From positions 4,725 to 68,724 of IMG/VR virus record IMGVR_UViG_3300011115_000838: 64,000 nucleotides of DNA, one strand, 5' to 3'. The translations under genes and the position numbers were made by a program. This document shows positions 39,501-49,964 of the stretch, piece by piece; within the stretch, counting starts at the first letter, position 1, and every line of letters starts with the position of its first letter. The notes under the pieces are model-generated. The model was not told the DNA's origin and did no database searches. It saw only the letters and a program-made list of their open reading frames with translations. The stretch comes from a virus.

Positions 39501-41289
39501 AGATTTTTTATCTGCTGGATTAACTGGTATTGCATATTTATATAATACTATAAAAACATTAGGGCAAAATACTGAGAGAGAAAATGCAGCAATGTTAGAG
39601 AAAGCTACTAATCAATTGAATGATTATTTATCAGTAGTAGAAAAAGGAGTAGATAAATTAATTTCAAGACTTGATGATATTAGGGAAGCGTATGGCGACA
39701 TAAAGGTAGGTACAGGAACAATTCGTACAACATTATCAGATGATTTAGGATTAGATATTGTAATGAAAAATTTATGGACTTTATCATCTTCAGTAAAAAG
39801 TTTATCAGAGAGTATATTAAACATTCCAGCATTTGATTTTGGTAATCTTTCTGGAATAAATACATCATTAGATTCATGGAGATTAATAATCGAAATGAGT
39901 GGTCGTTCAGTAGATGAATTAATTCAAGCAGAAATAACTCGTGGGCAACAGATTCAAAAAACTTATGAAACGGCTGTTAGCAAAGAGAACGACTTGTATG
40001 CAAAAAGAAAAGAATCAATAGATAAAACATATCAAGATACATTAAAAAGTATTGATGATGCTTATAATGCAGAAGTAGCATCAATAAATAAAAAATATGA
40101 TTATGAATCCATAAAAAGCTCTCAGAAATATAATAAAGAAACGCTAGATATTACAGCAGCAGGTTCTGCTCAATTAGAAGCATTAATAAAAAATGAGGAC
40201 TCATTATCAAGTGTAAGAGCAGAGTTTGCAGCTAAAAGACTTCAGATAGAACAAGCATTTCCTTTAGCATCTAAGGCTATAACTGCTGATATGTCTGATG
40301 CAGAAATTAAAGCTATTAATGACTCAATAAAGGCTCGTGATGAGCAGTTATCAAAATTACAAGGTTGGTATAATGATGAATTAACTTTTATTGTAAACTC
40401 TGAAGGTCAAAAAAGAAAAGAATATAGTGCTACAGAGACAATTCAAAAAACAATTAGAGATAATTTAGAATTAGCTGCTATTGCATTCGCTGGAAAAGAA
40501 ATTGAAAGAGAAAAGCAAAAGAATATAGATATAGCAGCAGAGGCAGCAAAAAGAAAAGCAAAAGAAGATGAAGCAGAAGCAGTAAGGGACGCAGCAAAAA
40601 TATTAGCAAAATCAGATAATGATGCTGCATTATTAGCTTTAGAAAATAAGAAAAATGATGATATTGCTACAAGTTATAAGATATTAACAGAGTTGCTTAA
40701 AATATATTCTCAAGATATAACTAAGGCAATGGAAGATACTGGTGCAAAAGGAACTGAGGCTTATAGGAAATTAGCACAAGAATTAGGAGCAGTAAATGAT
40801 TTATTGAAACAGATACAAGGAAATGTAACTAATATTCCACTAAATATTCCTATAAATGGAATTGCTAACGGTCTTGGATTTGAAAAAGGAACTGATGATA
40901 CATCAGTAGCTTTAAAAGGACAAAGAGTAGTAGATAATAAAGGGGGTTGGCAAGCAATTCTCCACCCACAGGAGGCAGTATTTTCTAAGGCAGATATGAC
41001 TCAAATGGAGACTGTATTTGGCAAGAGACCAACACGACAAGAAGTAATTGAGAACTTTAAGATTGGAGTTGTAAACCAAGTCACTCCACAAATGAATCCT
41101 TTTGTAATCCAAAAGATGCAAGCAAATGGGATTGGAAACTTTGATAAACTTAGTGGAGAGATAAGAAGTTTAGCGAAGGAAGTTTCTAAGAAGATGAGTC
41201 CAGTTGTGTATGTAGATAAAGGAGGAATCAGAACTTTCTACAAGAATCTGAATAGTCAAATAGAAGTCAAAAATCAAAGATTCAAATAA
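36538..41289 (+). CDS. Tape measure protein
   Basis: 1583 aa; tape-measure motif FTVETPLNF...YAFSQVQATGRLMGTEVRQITETGFP; long coiled coil; FEKGT...ILHPQEAVF. Confidence 0.92.
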   Translation: MANLSDSIRLNTEVNLQGFVDLSKQLSQIQLSLTSVAASARNLSTSLGQNTTTANATATSLGNVTTQANQASKATNGLFSSLGSLTGLRSQLLGLFGAFSVGSFAQQMVEAQSKVESFGLSMKNLLGREYGNKLVEDLKKFTVETPLNFEEVIKSSSQLVGSFKAAGASSETIGREIPIILESLGNSAAALGGDGRLGRLIYAFSQVQATGRLMGTEVRQITETGFPLLAVMSQQTGKSVQELQKDISDGKVSFEMFQKAILSAGKEGGIFAGSMEIMANTVQGRIDKLKESLFFALANIGDQFNGTAKSVIDFGSNILKALFGTESATKKTIDIVSNAVIAWTAYELIIRKNSATSVIWNGIQKIGLIIKGEAILATEAYIGMTIAETEAQIAATTAARSFNATLAANPFGFALLGITALVTAYQLYSDGVDEAKEFTLQNVKANDSEVKGLISKQAQLNVTAKSVLGLTEGTEGYKLQIGQLIKKYPEYFGHLDAEKATHDEVRKALFFANNEMDRKIRLMAQEKLAAKVADKVADVKLQIAEEQIANQQRLENEKAYQAKQIELKKKGFQDEYTEQLGAELLSQNSKKHSNDKLNKLIAQDNQYNLLLQKVSNDYAATLLEDYNKKRQAITEKWENKGFETRKQFTDAIIALDKEFGYRSNENTNKIAEEGGKGGKEIALKYKTDTDKQKAILDQANALRAEQKTRENQQKILDLEKEYDELRVNNAKGSQTIKVKELQKIENKYREDSANLTREYDKKDIESREKWVDFSRGIDKALRDIEENKSKIAEKNAQNLKKIDEDNAKETIKLEEDKYKLMDKLRILQAISKAKNSKEVIDIQNKENESILRENQALIEKQIFAEKMKLAKMALLKKENTEDYKNQEAVILKLEEEITALKIKLAEFLTEKKKEEIDKQSEKEKKAYEISIKAIDFFLDALNSSLDESMSKTTDVVTKAQIENRKASINIVKQGISAITSITESVIKGDFLSAGLTGIAYLYNTIKTLGQNTERENAAMLEKATNQLNDYLSVVEKGVDKLISRLDDIREAYGDIKVGTGTIRTTLSDDLGLDIVMKNLWTLSSSVKSLSESILNIPAFDFGNLSGINTSLDSWRLIIEMSGRSVDELIQAEITRGQQIQKTYETAVSKENDLYAKRKESIDKTYQDTLKSIDDAYNAEVASINKKYDYESIKSSQKYNKETLDITAAGSAQLEALIKNEDSLSSVRAEFAAKRLQIEQAFPLASKAITADMSDAEIKAINDSIKARDEQLSKLQGWYNDELTFIVNSEGQKRKEYSATETIQKTIRDNLELAAIAFAGKEIEREKQKNIDIAAEAAKRKAKEDEAEAVRDAAKILAKSDNDAALLALENKKNDDIATSYKILTELLKIYSQDITKAMEDTGAKGTEAYRKLAQELGAVNDLLKQIQGNVTNIPLNIPINGIANGLGFEKGTDDTSVALKGQRVVDNKGGWQAILHPQEAVFSKADMTQMETVFGKRPTRQEVIENFKIGVVNQVTPQMNPFVIQKMQANGIGNFDKLSGEIRSLAKEVSKKMSPVVYVDKGGIRTFYKNLNSQIEVKNQRFK

Positions 41290-41290
41290 C

Positions 41291-41323
41291 AAAAGCCCTC
41301 TAAACATTATAGAGGGCTTTTTT
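41291..41323. terminator. Bidirectional terminator
   Basis: AAAAGCCCTCTA...TAGAGGGCTTTTTT. Confidence 0.8.
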
Positions 41324-41532
41324 TAACTATAAAACTTATCAAAAAGTATCATAAATTTATTAAAAACTATCATAAACTCATCAATAATTAATATAATTGA
41401 AGTGCCTAATCCAAAGCTAGCAATACAGGCTAACAAATAACTTTTTTTCACATAAGCATTTACAGAAACCATTGCTTGCAAAAGGAGTATAAATAGTTGT
41501 ATCGTAATAATTGAAACAGGGATATTTATCAT
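41323..41532 (-). CDS. Small membrane protein
   Basis: Two hydrophobic segments. Confidence 0.55.
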   Translation of the reverse strand: MINIPVSIITIQLFILLLQAMVSVNAYVKKSYLLACIASFGLGTSIILIIDEFMIVFNKFMILFDKFYS

Positions 41533-41534
41533 AA

Positions 41535-42545
41535 TTACAATTGCATTAAGACCTCCCTTGCCTTATCTTCATAGTTCAAAATCCTGTAGTCAATCTCGCT
41601 TTCAAAGTCAATCTTGTCATTGATTTCCATAAACTCTCCAGATGGTGTTACAAGACCCTCCATAACGGCTAAATTAAGCCTTGCTTCGAGTCTTTGACTG
41701 TCGGTGAAGCCAAATCTATTCTCCTTGTCTAAATGTTCTTTAAACTCGTATTTTGGCTCTTTATTCCATCCCAAAGGTGAGATGTTAAACATCTTAATAT
41801 CTTGTATTCCAAGATGCTCTTCAATGATTCTCTTGCCGAATAATAATTGATACTTATGAGACTCAAAGAACTGCTTTTCTTCTTTATGGTCATAATTAGA
41901 TTTCAAGTCAACAATAGCATACATTTCTATTCTCTTCTCAGTTTTTACGTCCTTGTATTTCATTTGACCTTTCTTATCTCCTCTTACGTATTCGCCATCC
42001 TCTACCGTTTCAGTAGACTTCTCTTTATAAGACAATTTACAGAAGCAGTCTATTGCAGAGCAAATCCATGCTTTACCGTAAGGCGTAGGATAATGAGAGC
42101 CTAAAATACCTTCTAAGAAAATTACTTCAACTTCGTAATCTTTCAAGAATTTCTTGAGAGACATCATATCTTTCTTGAACTGTTCCTTCTTGTTGAACTT
42201 CTCATCAGCAATCTCAATGATATATGACGGAATGGCTTCTTTCTTACATAGGAAACCAAAGCCAATGTGACAAAGTGTTCCATAATCAGCCATTAGGCTT
42301 AATTGTTCTTTCCAATTTGGTCGGCTGTCTTTCCATTCTCTTAGGAATTTAGACTCTCCAAATGCACGGTCGATGGCAGTAGTAATGCCACAGGCAATTA
42401 TAATATCACCATCTTGTTCAGCATAGTAATAACGGTGTCCTTGATGGTTCATTCTCCTCCACAGGATGGTAGGTTTTAAGCCATTAGGATTATATTCAGC
42501 CCAATCAGTCTGTGACTGTGGTTTTAATGTGTCTTGTTTGTTCAT
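41535..42545 (-). CDS. PD-(D/E)XK exonuclease
   Basis: GTLCH, AIDCFC, IVDLKS, HKYQL motifs. Confidence 0.72.
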   Translation of the reverse strand: MNKQDTLKPQSQTDWAEYNPNGLKPTILWRRMNHQGHRYYYAEQDGDIIIACGITTAIDRAFGESKFLREWKDSRPNWKEQLSLMADYGTLCHIGFGFLCKKEAIPSYIIEIADEKFNKKEQFKKDMMSLKKFLKDYEVEVIFLEGILGSHYPTPYGKAWICSAIDCFCKLSYKEKSTETVEDGEYVRGDKKGQMKYKDVKTEKRIEMYAIVDLKSNYDHKEEKQFFESHKYQLLFGKRIIEEHLGIQDIKMFNISPLGWNKEPKYEFKEHLDKENRFGFTDSQRLEARLNLAVMEGLVTPSGEFMEINDKIDFESEIDYRILNYEDKAREVLMQL

Positions 42546-42907
42546 TATAGTTCAACATTGTTGAGTTTGTTTATAAAGTCTTTCCTTTCTGTAATCTTTC
42601 TATCTAAGATATTGAATAGCCATTCTCTTCGTGGCTTCCTTTTGCCTGAGAACCAGTATGAGATAGAAACTCTATCATAGAGTCTCTTTTCGCTTCCACT
42701 CTCTAAATATAAGAGGTTTTGGATGTCAACTATTCTTAATCGGCAGAAGTTCTTTGCCTCACGAATTGTCATTCCTTGTATTAATCGATCTTGGTTTGAA
42801 GAATACATATCGGGAATAAATCCCAACTTTCTCCAACGATTTAAGGTAAAATAAGAAAGGTTATACTTCAATCCGAGTTCCTTTGCTGTTTCTCTATTAT
42901 ATTGCAT
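42545..42907 (-). CDS. Putative HTH DNA-binding protein
   Basis: LGLKYNLSYFTLNRWRKLGFIP and SISYWFSGKRKP segments. Confidence 0.5.
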   Translation of the reverse strand: MQYNRETAKELGLKYNLSYFTLNRWRKLGFIPDMYSSNQDRLIQGMTIREAKNFCRLRIVDIQNLLYLESGSEKRLYDRVSISYWFSGKRKPRREWLFNILDRKITERKDFINKLNNVEL

Positions 42908-43076
42908 TATTCAAAAATGTTTGATAAGCTAACTTTTACTTCTAAGTCTATTCCTTGACTCTCAATCTTTATACTTTTTACTGTAATTCCGTTACTTTCC
43001 TCGAAAGCACGAATTAAGGATTCTATAGCCTCACCGAGACTATCTCTTTCCTTTAATATTTCATCTATTGTCTTCA

Positions 43077-43733
43077 TTAAAAAGGAAGCCCAGAATCGTC
43101 TGTAGCAAACACCTTTGGCTTCTCAATAGGACTACTCTTAACCTCGCTCTTAGAAGCTAATTTGAACTTCTCAAAGCGAGAAATCATCTCCTCTGCCTTC
43201 TCGTAGTACCATTCTTCCTGCTCTGTGAAAGTCCACTTTCCTGCCTTAGACAACTTGCCTTTTGGACATTCGCTATTATCTAAGCGATTTGGTGTTACGT
43301 TTTTCTCTTTACCTGCCTCGATGATTGTATCATTCGGGTAGTAGACGAAACAGTTCTGATAGACCTTGTCTTGAACTTTCTTGTCGTAGAACTTAATCGC
43401 CAATTCTTTAGAGAAGTCTGCGTTGTAAGTAGCATCAATGAAAGCACGGTAGGCTGCGGTATCTAAGACTAAGTCAACTGCTGAGGTTTGGGTCTCATCA
43501 GTAAGCAGGAATCTAAGTCTCTTGCCGAAGTCCCCATCATTGAAGACTAACTTAATCATCTTTCCAGTAAGACCTTGAACGTATCTGTGGTAGGTAACTT
43601 TACCAGAATCCAATTCAATCTTAACGTAGCCATCCTTTGGCTCTTTGCTTGCGTGATAGAGCTTCTTCTTAGCCCCTGATACTTGATAATTTACGATTTC
43701 ACGAGATGAATACTCGTTATTTAACTCTGCCAT
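43077..43733 (-). CDS. Single-stranded DNA-binding protein (probable)
   Basis: Acidic C-terminus DDSGLPF; lies between helicase and exonuclease. Confidence 0.65.
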   Translation of the reverse strand: MAELNNEYSSREIVNYQVSGAKKKLYHASKEPKDGYVKIELDSGKVTYHRYVQGLTGKMIKLVFNDGDFGKRLRFLLTDETQTSAVDLVLDTAAYRAFIDATYNADFSKELAIKFYDKKVQDKVYQNCFVYYPNDTIIEAGKEKNVTPNRLDNSECPKGKLSKAGKWTFTEQEEWYYEKAEEMISRFEKFKLASKSEVKSSPIEKPKVFATDDSGLPF

Positions 43734-43835
43734 TTGTAAAAATAATTTAGTGTAAAAATAATAATTAAAAAGATTATGCTGTAAAATTAATACATTCTAT
43801 TTAAAAATGCAAGTATTTGTTGGATTTTAATCTAA

Positions 43836-44305
43836 TTATTTGTGAAACTCTACCCAATCAACGCCAAGTGGAGGATAATTTTTAAAGAATTTTTTCATTT
43901 CCTTTTGGTCACTTTCGTCACCTCTCACAATCTTTCTGCCGTCTTTCATGTGAGCAGTAAATACGCTGTTGTGATTTGTTTTCAACAGTTCGATTTGAAC
44001 GGTTTGCGGTAGCGAATCAAACGCTTCCATTTCTTTTTGCTTCTTTTGAAGAGCCTCTGACAGTGTCATAAAATTCATTGTTCTAACTTTTTTAAATATT
44101 CATACAAATTGATATGCTTTTGCTTTACCACATCTAAGAATCCTTTTGTGAAATCACAATAAGAAACTTTTGCTTCTCCGTTTATAACCAGTGGTTGTTC
44201 ATCTTTATAGGTAGTGAACTTGACCTTCTTCCCAACGAGGGTAGTTTGTATCAACCACCCTCGATTCTTTAGGAATATTAATGCTTCTTGATAGTCTTGT
44301 TTCAT
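43836..44305 (-). CDS. Two coupled small hypothetical genes (44075..44305 and 43836..44078)
   Basis: ORF track; ATGA overlap. Confidence 0.55.
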
Positions 44306-44318
44306 TAGAAAGTTTTCA

Positions 44319-46208
44319 TTAAAATGGAATGTCGCTAAATTCTGAATGAGGTAAGGAAATGATTGTTTCTAAAGTTTTGCTTTCTGGAAGTTTGCCTTCT
44401 GAAGCCTTCACTTCATTCTCAAAATTAGAAATATTTGCTGTTTGGGAAACTTCAACTTTTGCTTCTGTAATGGCCAGTTTCCTGTGAGCCTCCATATAAT
44501 CTCTGCCATCAAAAAGAAACCTTCTCTTGGCAAAGTCATATTCGAAAGAAATCATGCCTCGATTACCGTTAATTTTATTCAATTTAACCTTGCGAGAATG
44601 GAGTTCACATTCTGAAGACTGAGGGTCTTTCCACGCTTCAGGTCGATGGTATGCCAAAATATTGTGCATCTTATTGTTCCACATTGCCCCCTGTGCCAAA
44701 TCATATTCTGTCGGAGCGTCGTATCCGCCTTCTTTATTCTTCTGAGGCGTTTTTGGATGTGCAATGATGGTAAAGAAAATATCATTATCTCTTGTAAACC
44801 TATTGAAGTCTCCCAAGACTAATTCGAGATATTTATCATCTCTACCTCCAGCTAATTTGTAATCATTATACATCTGATTGAAAGGGTCAATAACTAAACG
44901 GTCAGCCTTTTCAGTAATCATCAAGTACATGAATCTTTCCTTAATGTATTGTGGTGTTGGATTTACTTCTTCGGGATATATAAAGAAGAAATGATTTTTG
45001 GCAAATTGCTTTGCTTCTTTAATCTCATCCTTAGAATACTTTTGATTCTTAGCTAATCCTCCACCTAAGTAAAGTTCCATTATTGAAAGGTAAAATCCCT
45101 CTGCTCCATCTTCTTCGGGTGCAAAGAATACTGTCTTCTCTCCAAATAGAATTGCTCTAAATACAAGATACCACTTATAAAAAGTAGACTTGCCGTGATT
45201 GCCATAACCAGTAACTAAATTGGTTTGACCTCTCTTCTCTTTAAAAGCATAATCCATCAATGGCACACCGATTCCAAGTATATTCTTGTAACCGTTCTCG
45301 ATTATATCATCTACATCGCTATCAGCATCATCGTAATAAATAACATCTTTAATCCTATCTCCTGCTTTAATCTCAAAGTCAGCCTTAACTCCTTTGCTGT
45401 CGACCAATTCTCCCTTCGAGAAAGATACAGTTCCAAAGTTTTTCTTCTCAGTCCTGTATGCTGATTCAATCGCTTTATCTCCTTCTCTCTTTGAAAAGTC
45501 TGTAGAGTTTTGGTAGAACTCGTAGTAACAGAATGACTGTGTTTCTTCAATGTCAATTCCGTAACGGCAACAGGCACAGGCTAAGGTAAAAATGAACTTA
45601 TTACGCTCTCCTTGAACAAAGTGCTTTGAGTCCTTTGCAAGCCAAGATACTAACTTTTGAATGTCAGTTGACTGTGATTGAACTACTTCATTCTCCACCA
45701 ATTCAGTGAACGGAACTGGGTTAGGATTAATATAAATGTTAGGGTCGTAAGACTCATAACAAACTCTTGATTCATTAACTCCACTTTTATCTATTTTAAA
45801 GCGTTTTAAAAATGCTCCGAAGTGTTCTCTATGCTTAGATGGATTGGACACGACACAGAGGACTTTTACCCCATTAGCACGAGGGGAAACCCACGCTGCC
45901 TTTACGAAATCAAATCCACACATCTCACTCATGGTTTCCTGAACGTCAACATCATCAAAATCCAAGATGATATAACCACTATGCTCGATTAAGTCACGGT
46001 CAAATCTTTTAGAGAAAGTGCCTGAAAAACAAACGCACGGCAATTTAGCTTTTAGTGCATCTTGTTTATCCTTATCATTCTCTAGTCTAATCTTCTCAAC
46101 AGTTTCTTTAGACTTTCCAGTCTTGATTCTTTGGAGGGCTAAATCAACTGTGATGTGATGGGGATTTTCTTTATCCCAAAGGTTCTTAAAAATTGAAATC
46201 ATCGCCAT
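44319..46208 (-). CDS. Primase-helicase (VirE-N/BT4734-like N-terminus, PriCT, RecA/DnaB-like helicase)
   Basis: KAKLPCVCFSGTF, ILDFD, SPRANGVK, SYDP, GERNKFIF, Walker A GYGNHGKS, LVIDPFN, IAHP. Confidence 0.85.
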   Translation of the reverse strand: MAMISIFKNLWDKENPHHITVDLALQRIKTGKSKETVEKIRLENDKDKQDALKAKLPCVCFSGTFSKRFDRDLIEHSGYIILDFDDVDVQETMSEMCGFDFVKAAWVSPRANGVKVLCVVSNPSKHREHFGAFLKRFKIDKSGVNESRVCYESYDPNIYINPNPVPFTELVENEVVQSQSTDIQKLVSWLAKDSKHFVQGERNKFIFTLACACCRYGIDIEETQSFCYYEFYQNSTDFSKREGDKAIESAYRTEKKNFGTVSFSKGELVDSKGVKADFEIKAGDRIKDVIYYDDADSDVDDIIENGYKNILGIGVPLMDYAFKEKRGQTNLVTGYGNHGKSTFYKWYLVFRAILFGEKTVFFAPEEDGAEGFYLSIMELYLGGGLAKNQKYSKDEIKEAKQFAKNHFFFIYPEEVNPTPQYIKERFMYLMITEKADRLVIDPFNQMYNDYKLAGGRDDKYLELVLGDFNRFTRDNDIFFTIIAHPKTPQKNKEGGYDAPTEYDLAQGAMWNNKMHNILAYHRPEAWKDPQSSECELHSRKVKLNKINGNRGMISFEYDFAKRRFLFDGRDYMEAHRKLAITEAKVEVSQTANISNFENEVKASEGKLPESKTLETIISLPHSEFSDIPF

Positions 46209-46558
46209 ATCTTTATTTCTGCGCTAGGAAATTCTTTACAAGCATCTAAATATAGTCTTACAAACTCAACTAAGCCATAATAATTACCCCATCCGTTTGA
46301 TGGATTTAAAGTTTGTAAATACAATTCTTCTTCTCTTAATTTCTTGAGACCTATTAATAATGGTTCGATAAGTTGACTGGCTTGGGTTATTCCAATCTCA
46401 TCTGGTCTCCAAAGGTATTCATAAAGACCAACTGCTTCAGCCATCTTATTAAGATTATGAGTAATGTTGGCTTCATAAAGCACTTCCTCTTCTTCAGTGA
46501 AAGTTACCATATCGTAGGTAACAAACTTTTTTCTTATTAAATATACGTCCAGTGACAT
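46199..46558 (-). CDS. Conserved phage hypothetical protein
   Basis: MSLDVYL...NITHNLNKMA...NPSNGWGNY motif. Confidence 0.7.
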   Translation of the reverse strand: MSLDVYLIRKKFVTYDMVTFTEEEEVLYEANITHNLNKMAEAVGLYEYLWRPDEIGITQASQLIEPLLIGLKKLREEELYLQTLNPSNGWGNYYGLVEFVRLYLDACKEFPSAEIKIWR

Positions 46559-46609
46559 CTTTTTAGTTGTTTAAAGTTAAATAATTAGAGACAATTAATC
46601 TTTCCTTTT

Positions 46610-48336
46610 TCATAAATATTTCTTTAAATTTTCCTCGTTAATTTGATAATTACAATGGTCATTAATAGCAGTTTTAAGTTTATCTAATACTTCTATTTCT
46701 GTATAAACTTTTTTGTCTTCTAATAACTGATTTACTATAACTAAACTGTCGATTACTTTAGAATAATCTGATGCTTTAATATATACAGCTATTAATTTAA
46801 CCAATAAATCATTATTATCTTCAAAGTTTTCTACTGCTGATTCTGTATCTACCTCAACATTATACTTTAAACTGTGTTCTTTTGCTTTTTCTTCAGAACT
46901 AAGTGTTTCCTTGATTAAATCTTTTTCTTTCAAAAGTCTTACACTTTCATTGTAGAGTTCGTTGATTAATCTTTTAGTTTTATGCTTATACAGATTATTA
47001 TCTGTTTTAAAATGAAGAGCAGCTGTGTTAATTAAAACGGCGGCTGCAAACATCAAATCAATACTTTTCTTTGTTTTTTCTAGCTGATTCATTTTTTAAT
47101 TTTGAGCAGGAATAATTAATGCGTAATATCTAATTTCATTGTGGTTGTAAGCCCAACCAGTGCCATTCCAAGTCTCCCAGTGGATTTTACCATCCTTTCT
47201 ACATATTAGGTATTTGCCGTATTCTTTAGGTCTTGATTCTAGCCTATCATGGTCGAATGCAATCCATTCCATTGAAGGTTTGCTTTCTTTCTCTTTAATA
47301 TGCTCATATAATTCCTTACAATATTTTGCACTTTTAATATCTAATTTTAAGTAATCCATGTTTCTTAAAGTTTTATTTCGTTTGACTGCCATGCTTCACG
47401 TTTACTATTATCCTTTCTTGGTGTGCCATCTTTTTTTAATTCAATGCCATAATAAACGCAACAGAATTTAGTAAGAGAATAATTTATCCTCTCAATTAAA
47501 ATAGTACCGATATGGTCTGTAAACTTGTCTCCTATTTTGTAATAATTATTACTAACACAATATAATCTAATCTCTTTGTTTCTGTTTTCTTGAAACTGAA
47601 TTTCTAATTGGTCTAATCTTTGATTTAATTCTTCTCTTTTCATTTTGTTTGTTTTGTTATAACTGAATTAATTATTTTGATTAAAAATCATATCTCATGC
47701 CCACAAGGTTTTCCATCTATAAATTCAAAATCTCTAAATAATTCTTCGTATGTATAGTAACTTCCATCAATACCCACTGTTGTATCACTTATATAATTAA
47801 TTAAAATATGTGATGAATCTCTTTTATGTTTAATCCATTTCCCTTTTAATAATTCTTTATCTTCAAAAGTAAAAGGTACATATTCATCTAAAGGCACATT
47901 TACTACTTTAGCAATTTGTGTTTGAGATAGAGTAGTTGTTCCATCAAAAATCCGCCTGCCATCTACTGTAAAAGTAAGTGTATAATTTTTAAATTTTACT
48001 GTAATAGGGTAATATGCACAATTACTTATTTTAGTAATAACTCCTTGACCATACTCATAATGGTAAACTGTTTGACCTAATTTAAAATATTTCATTTTTT
48101 TTGTTTTATTATGTGCAAAGGTAAACAAATTATTTTGATTTGAAAATATCTCTAATAAATATTAAGACAAATATTGTATTAATGAGTGGGCAGAAGGATA
48201 TATACAAGTGTATATATACATAATCTCCGTAGTCTTTTTCAACCATTTCATAATATTCCTCGTCATGTATTTTGAACATAGAGAATACTAAACACAAAAG
48301 TAGAGGCAGGACGTAATAGATTCCGAATAGGTACAT
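46610..48336 (-). CDS. Run of five small hypothetical genes (46610..47092, 47096..~47359, 47365..47643, 47688..48095, 48130..48336)
   Basis: Tightly packed co-directional ORFs. Confidence 0.6.
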
Positions 48337-48337
48337 A

Positions 48338-49618
48338 TTAGTATTTGTTAAAACGTGGGTGATTTATTTGTTTAATTTTTTCCCTTACTGCTTTTACTAA
48401 TTCTCCACCTTCAAGTCCTTTTCCTTTAAAATACCATTCCCATGCTGCATATAAAGCATCCTCAGTATTGAAATCAAGTTCAAATGGCTCTAAACTATCT
48501 GGTGCAGAGAATCTTCGCATTGTCTTCCAAAAATCAATCAGGAAGCGAGGCTGTTCGTCGTTAGGGTCTTGGTATGAAGCTAAGGCATCTTGAACATTTT
48601 TTGTACTTAATAATCCGTGAGGCTGTCGATAATTACCTTTGCTCATAACATAATTAAAAATTATCTCTGCTTTCTCTAAACCAAATTTATCATATAGCCT
48701 ACTAATTACCCAATTGTTACTTTCCTTTTCTCCCTTTCTTGGAGGTCTTATTTTTATATCATCTGAGGCTGTAAGATTCCATTCTTTTGTTTTCTCATTG
48801 ATGAATTTAAACCTTTCGGGGTTGGCATCGTACTTAGAAGGCTTCTTTTCCTTTACTTTTGTTTGAGTTTCTTTAGTTTTAACATCGTATATTGGCTCAG
48901 TACTATCCAATATTGGAAAAGTGCAATTCCCGTCTATATTTTGTTCATACAGTTTTACAGACACATTATCAGCATGATTGCTATCATAATTGCTATTATT
49001 ATTGTTTGAATCTTCGACAGAAGAAATATTATTATTATATTCTTTTTTTTGTTTATTACTTATTGTGTTCGTTTCTGAACAAGAGATTTGGTCTTTCTTA
49101 TTCGTTTCTGAACAAGGCTTATTCGTTTCTGAACAAGAGATTTGGTCTTTCTTATTCGTTTCTGAACAAGAGGGTGACTTCTTTTTCTTTAAAATATGGC
49201 TTTTATAACCTTCTTTTAAATCAATAAATTGTATGCTTTTCAGTTTTGAATTTAAGAAGTCAATATTCAAACAAATCTTAGTTATTGTTTTAAAATTTGT
49301 CATGATAGTTATAAATCCTTTCTTAAATAGGCTCTCGTTTGCTTGAATAATTTTAGTCCTTCCAAACAATCCAAGAGTAGCCTCCTGTAAATACATTGGA
49401 CTTAACTCTAAGAAGCAATCGTCAACTGACGGCTTAAAGTTCTTATTAGTAGCAATTTTATCCTCAACAGATGAGCGAATTATATTGTAACGATATTCAT
49501 AATAGTTTAATAAGAATGCCTCACAATGGTCATAATTGCAGATGTGTAAGAAATCTTGATGGAGTTTTAAGTAGATTGCTCCTTCTACGTGGCTAACAAA
49601 AGTGTTGCGTTTGGACAT
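48338..49618 (-). CDS. Replication initiator (lambda O / DnaD-like organisation) containing iterons
   Basis: N-terminal wHTH-like region, central CSETN repeats, low-complexity linker. Confidence 0.65.
   Translation of the reverse strand: MSKRNTFVSHVEGAIYLKLHQDFLHICNYDHCEAFLLNYYEYRYNIIRSSVEDKIATNKNFKPSVDDCFLELSPMYLQEATLGLFGRTKIIQANESLFKKGFITIMTNFKTITKICLNIDFLNSKLKSIQFIDLKEGYKSHILKKKKSPSCSETNKKDQISCSETNKPCSETNKKDQISCSETNTISNKQKKEYNNNISSVEDSNNNNSNYDSNHADNVSVKLYEQNIDGNCTFPILDSTEPIYDVKTKETQTKVKEKKPSKYDANPERFKFINEKTKEWNLTASDDIKIRPPRKGEKESNNWVISRLYDKFGLEKAEIIFNYVMSKGNYRQPHGLLSTKNVQDALASYQDPNDEQPRFLIDFWKTMRRFSAPDSLEPFELDFNTEDALYAAWEWYFKGKGLEGGELVKAVREKIKQINHPRFNKY
49068..49170. repeat. Four iterons TTCGTTTCTGAACAAG (probable replication origin)
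   Basis: Copies at 49068, 49101, 49122 and 49155; adjacent AT-rich tract 49020-49066. Confidence 0.75.
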
Positions 49619-49765
49619 TTTTTTATAAAAGAAAAACGCCCCGAACTTGATAGCCCCTTTCGGGTGTAGTGCTTGCTATCAGTTCGAGGCGTTCCTCGAT
49701 AATTTTATTATTTACAAAATTACTCAATAAGCACTACCAAATCAAGTATTTTTTACTATTTAAAA

Positions 49766-49912
49766 CTAAGATACCTTTATTAGCACAGTACCTTTAACTT
49801 TCATGATGTTTAATAGACCAGCTTTTACTAACTGATTTACTCTTGCAGGAGTTTTTCCTATGATTTTAGAGTATTCAAGTTGGGTATAAAGGTCTTCTCT
49901 AATTTCTACCAT
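49766..49912 (-). CDS. Small HTH (excisionase/MerR-like) protein, 48 aa
   Basis: LYTQLEYSKIIGKTPARVNQLVKAG; not in the ORF track. Confidence 0.6.
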   Translation of the reverse strand: MVEIREDLYTQLEYSKIIGKTPARVNQLVKAGLLNIMKVKGTVLIKVS

Positions 49913-49964
49913 AATATAAATTTAATAAAGTTAATCGATAAAGTCAAGTTTTATGAAAAATTAT

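Noticed and set aside
48892-49227. + strand ORFs with repeated motifs
   Set aside because: Antisense shadows of the iteron region in the initiator gene
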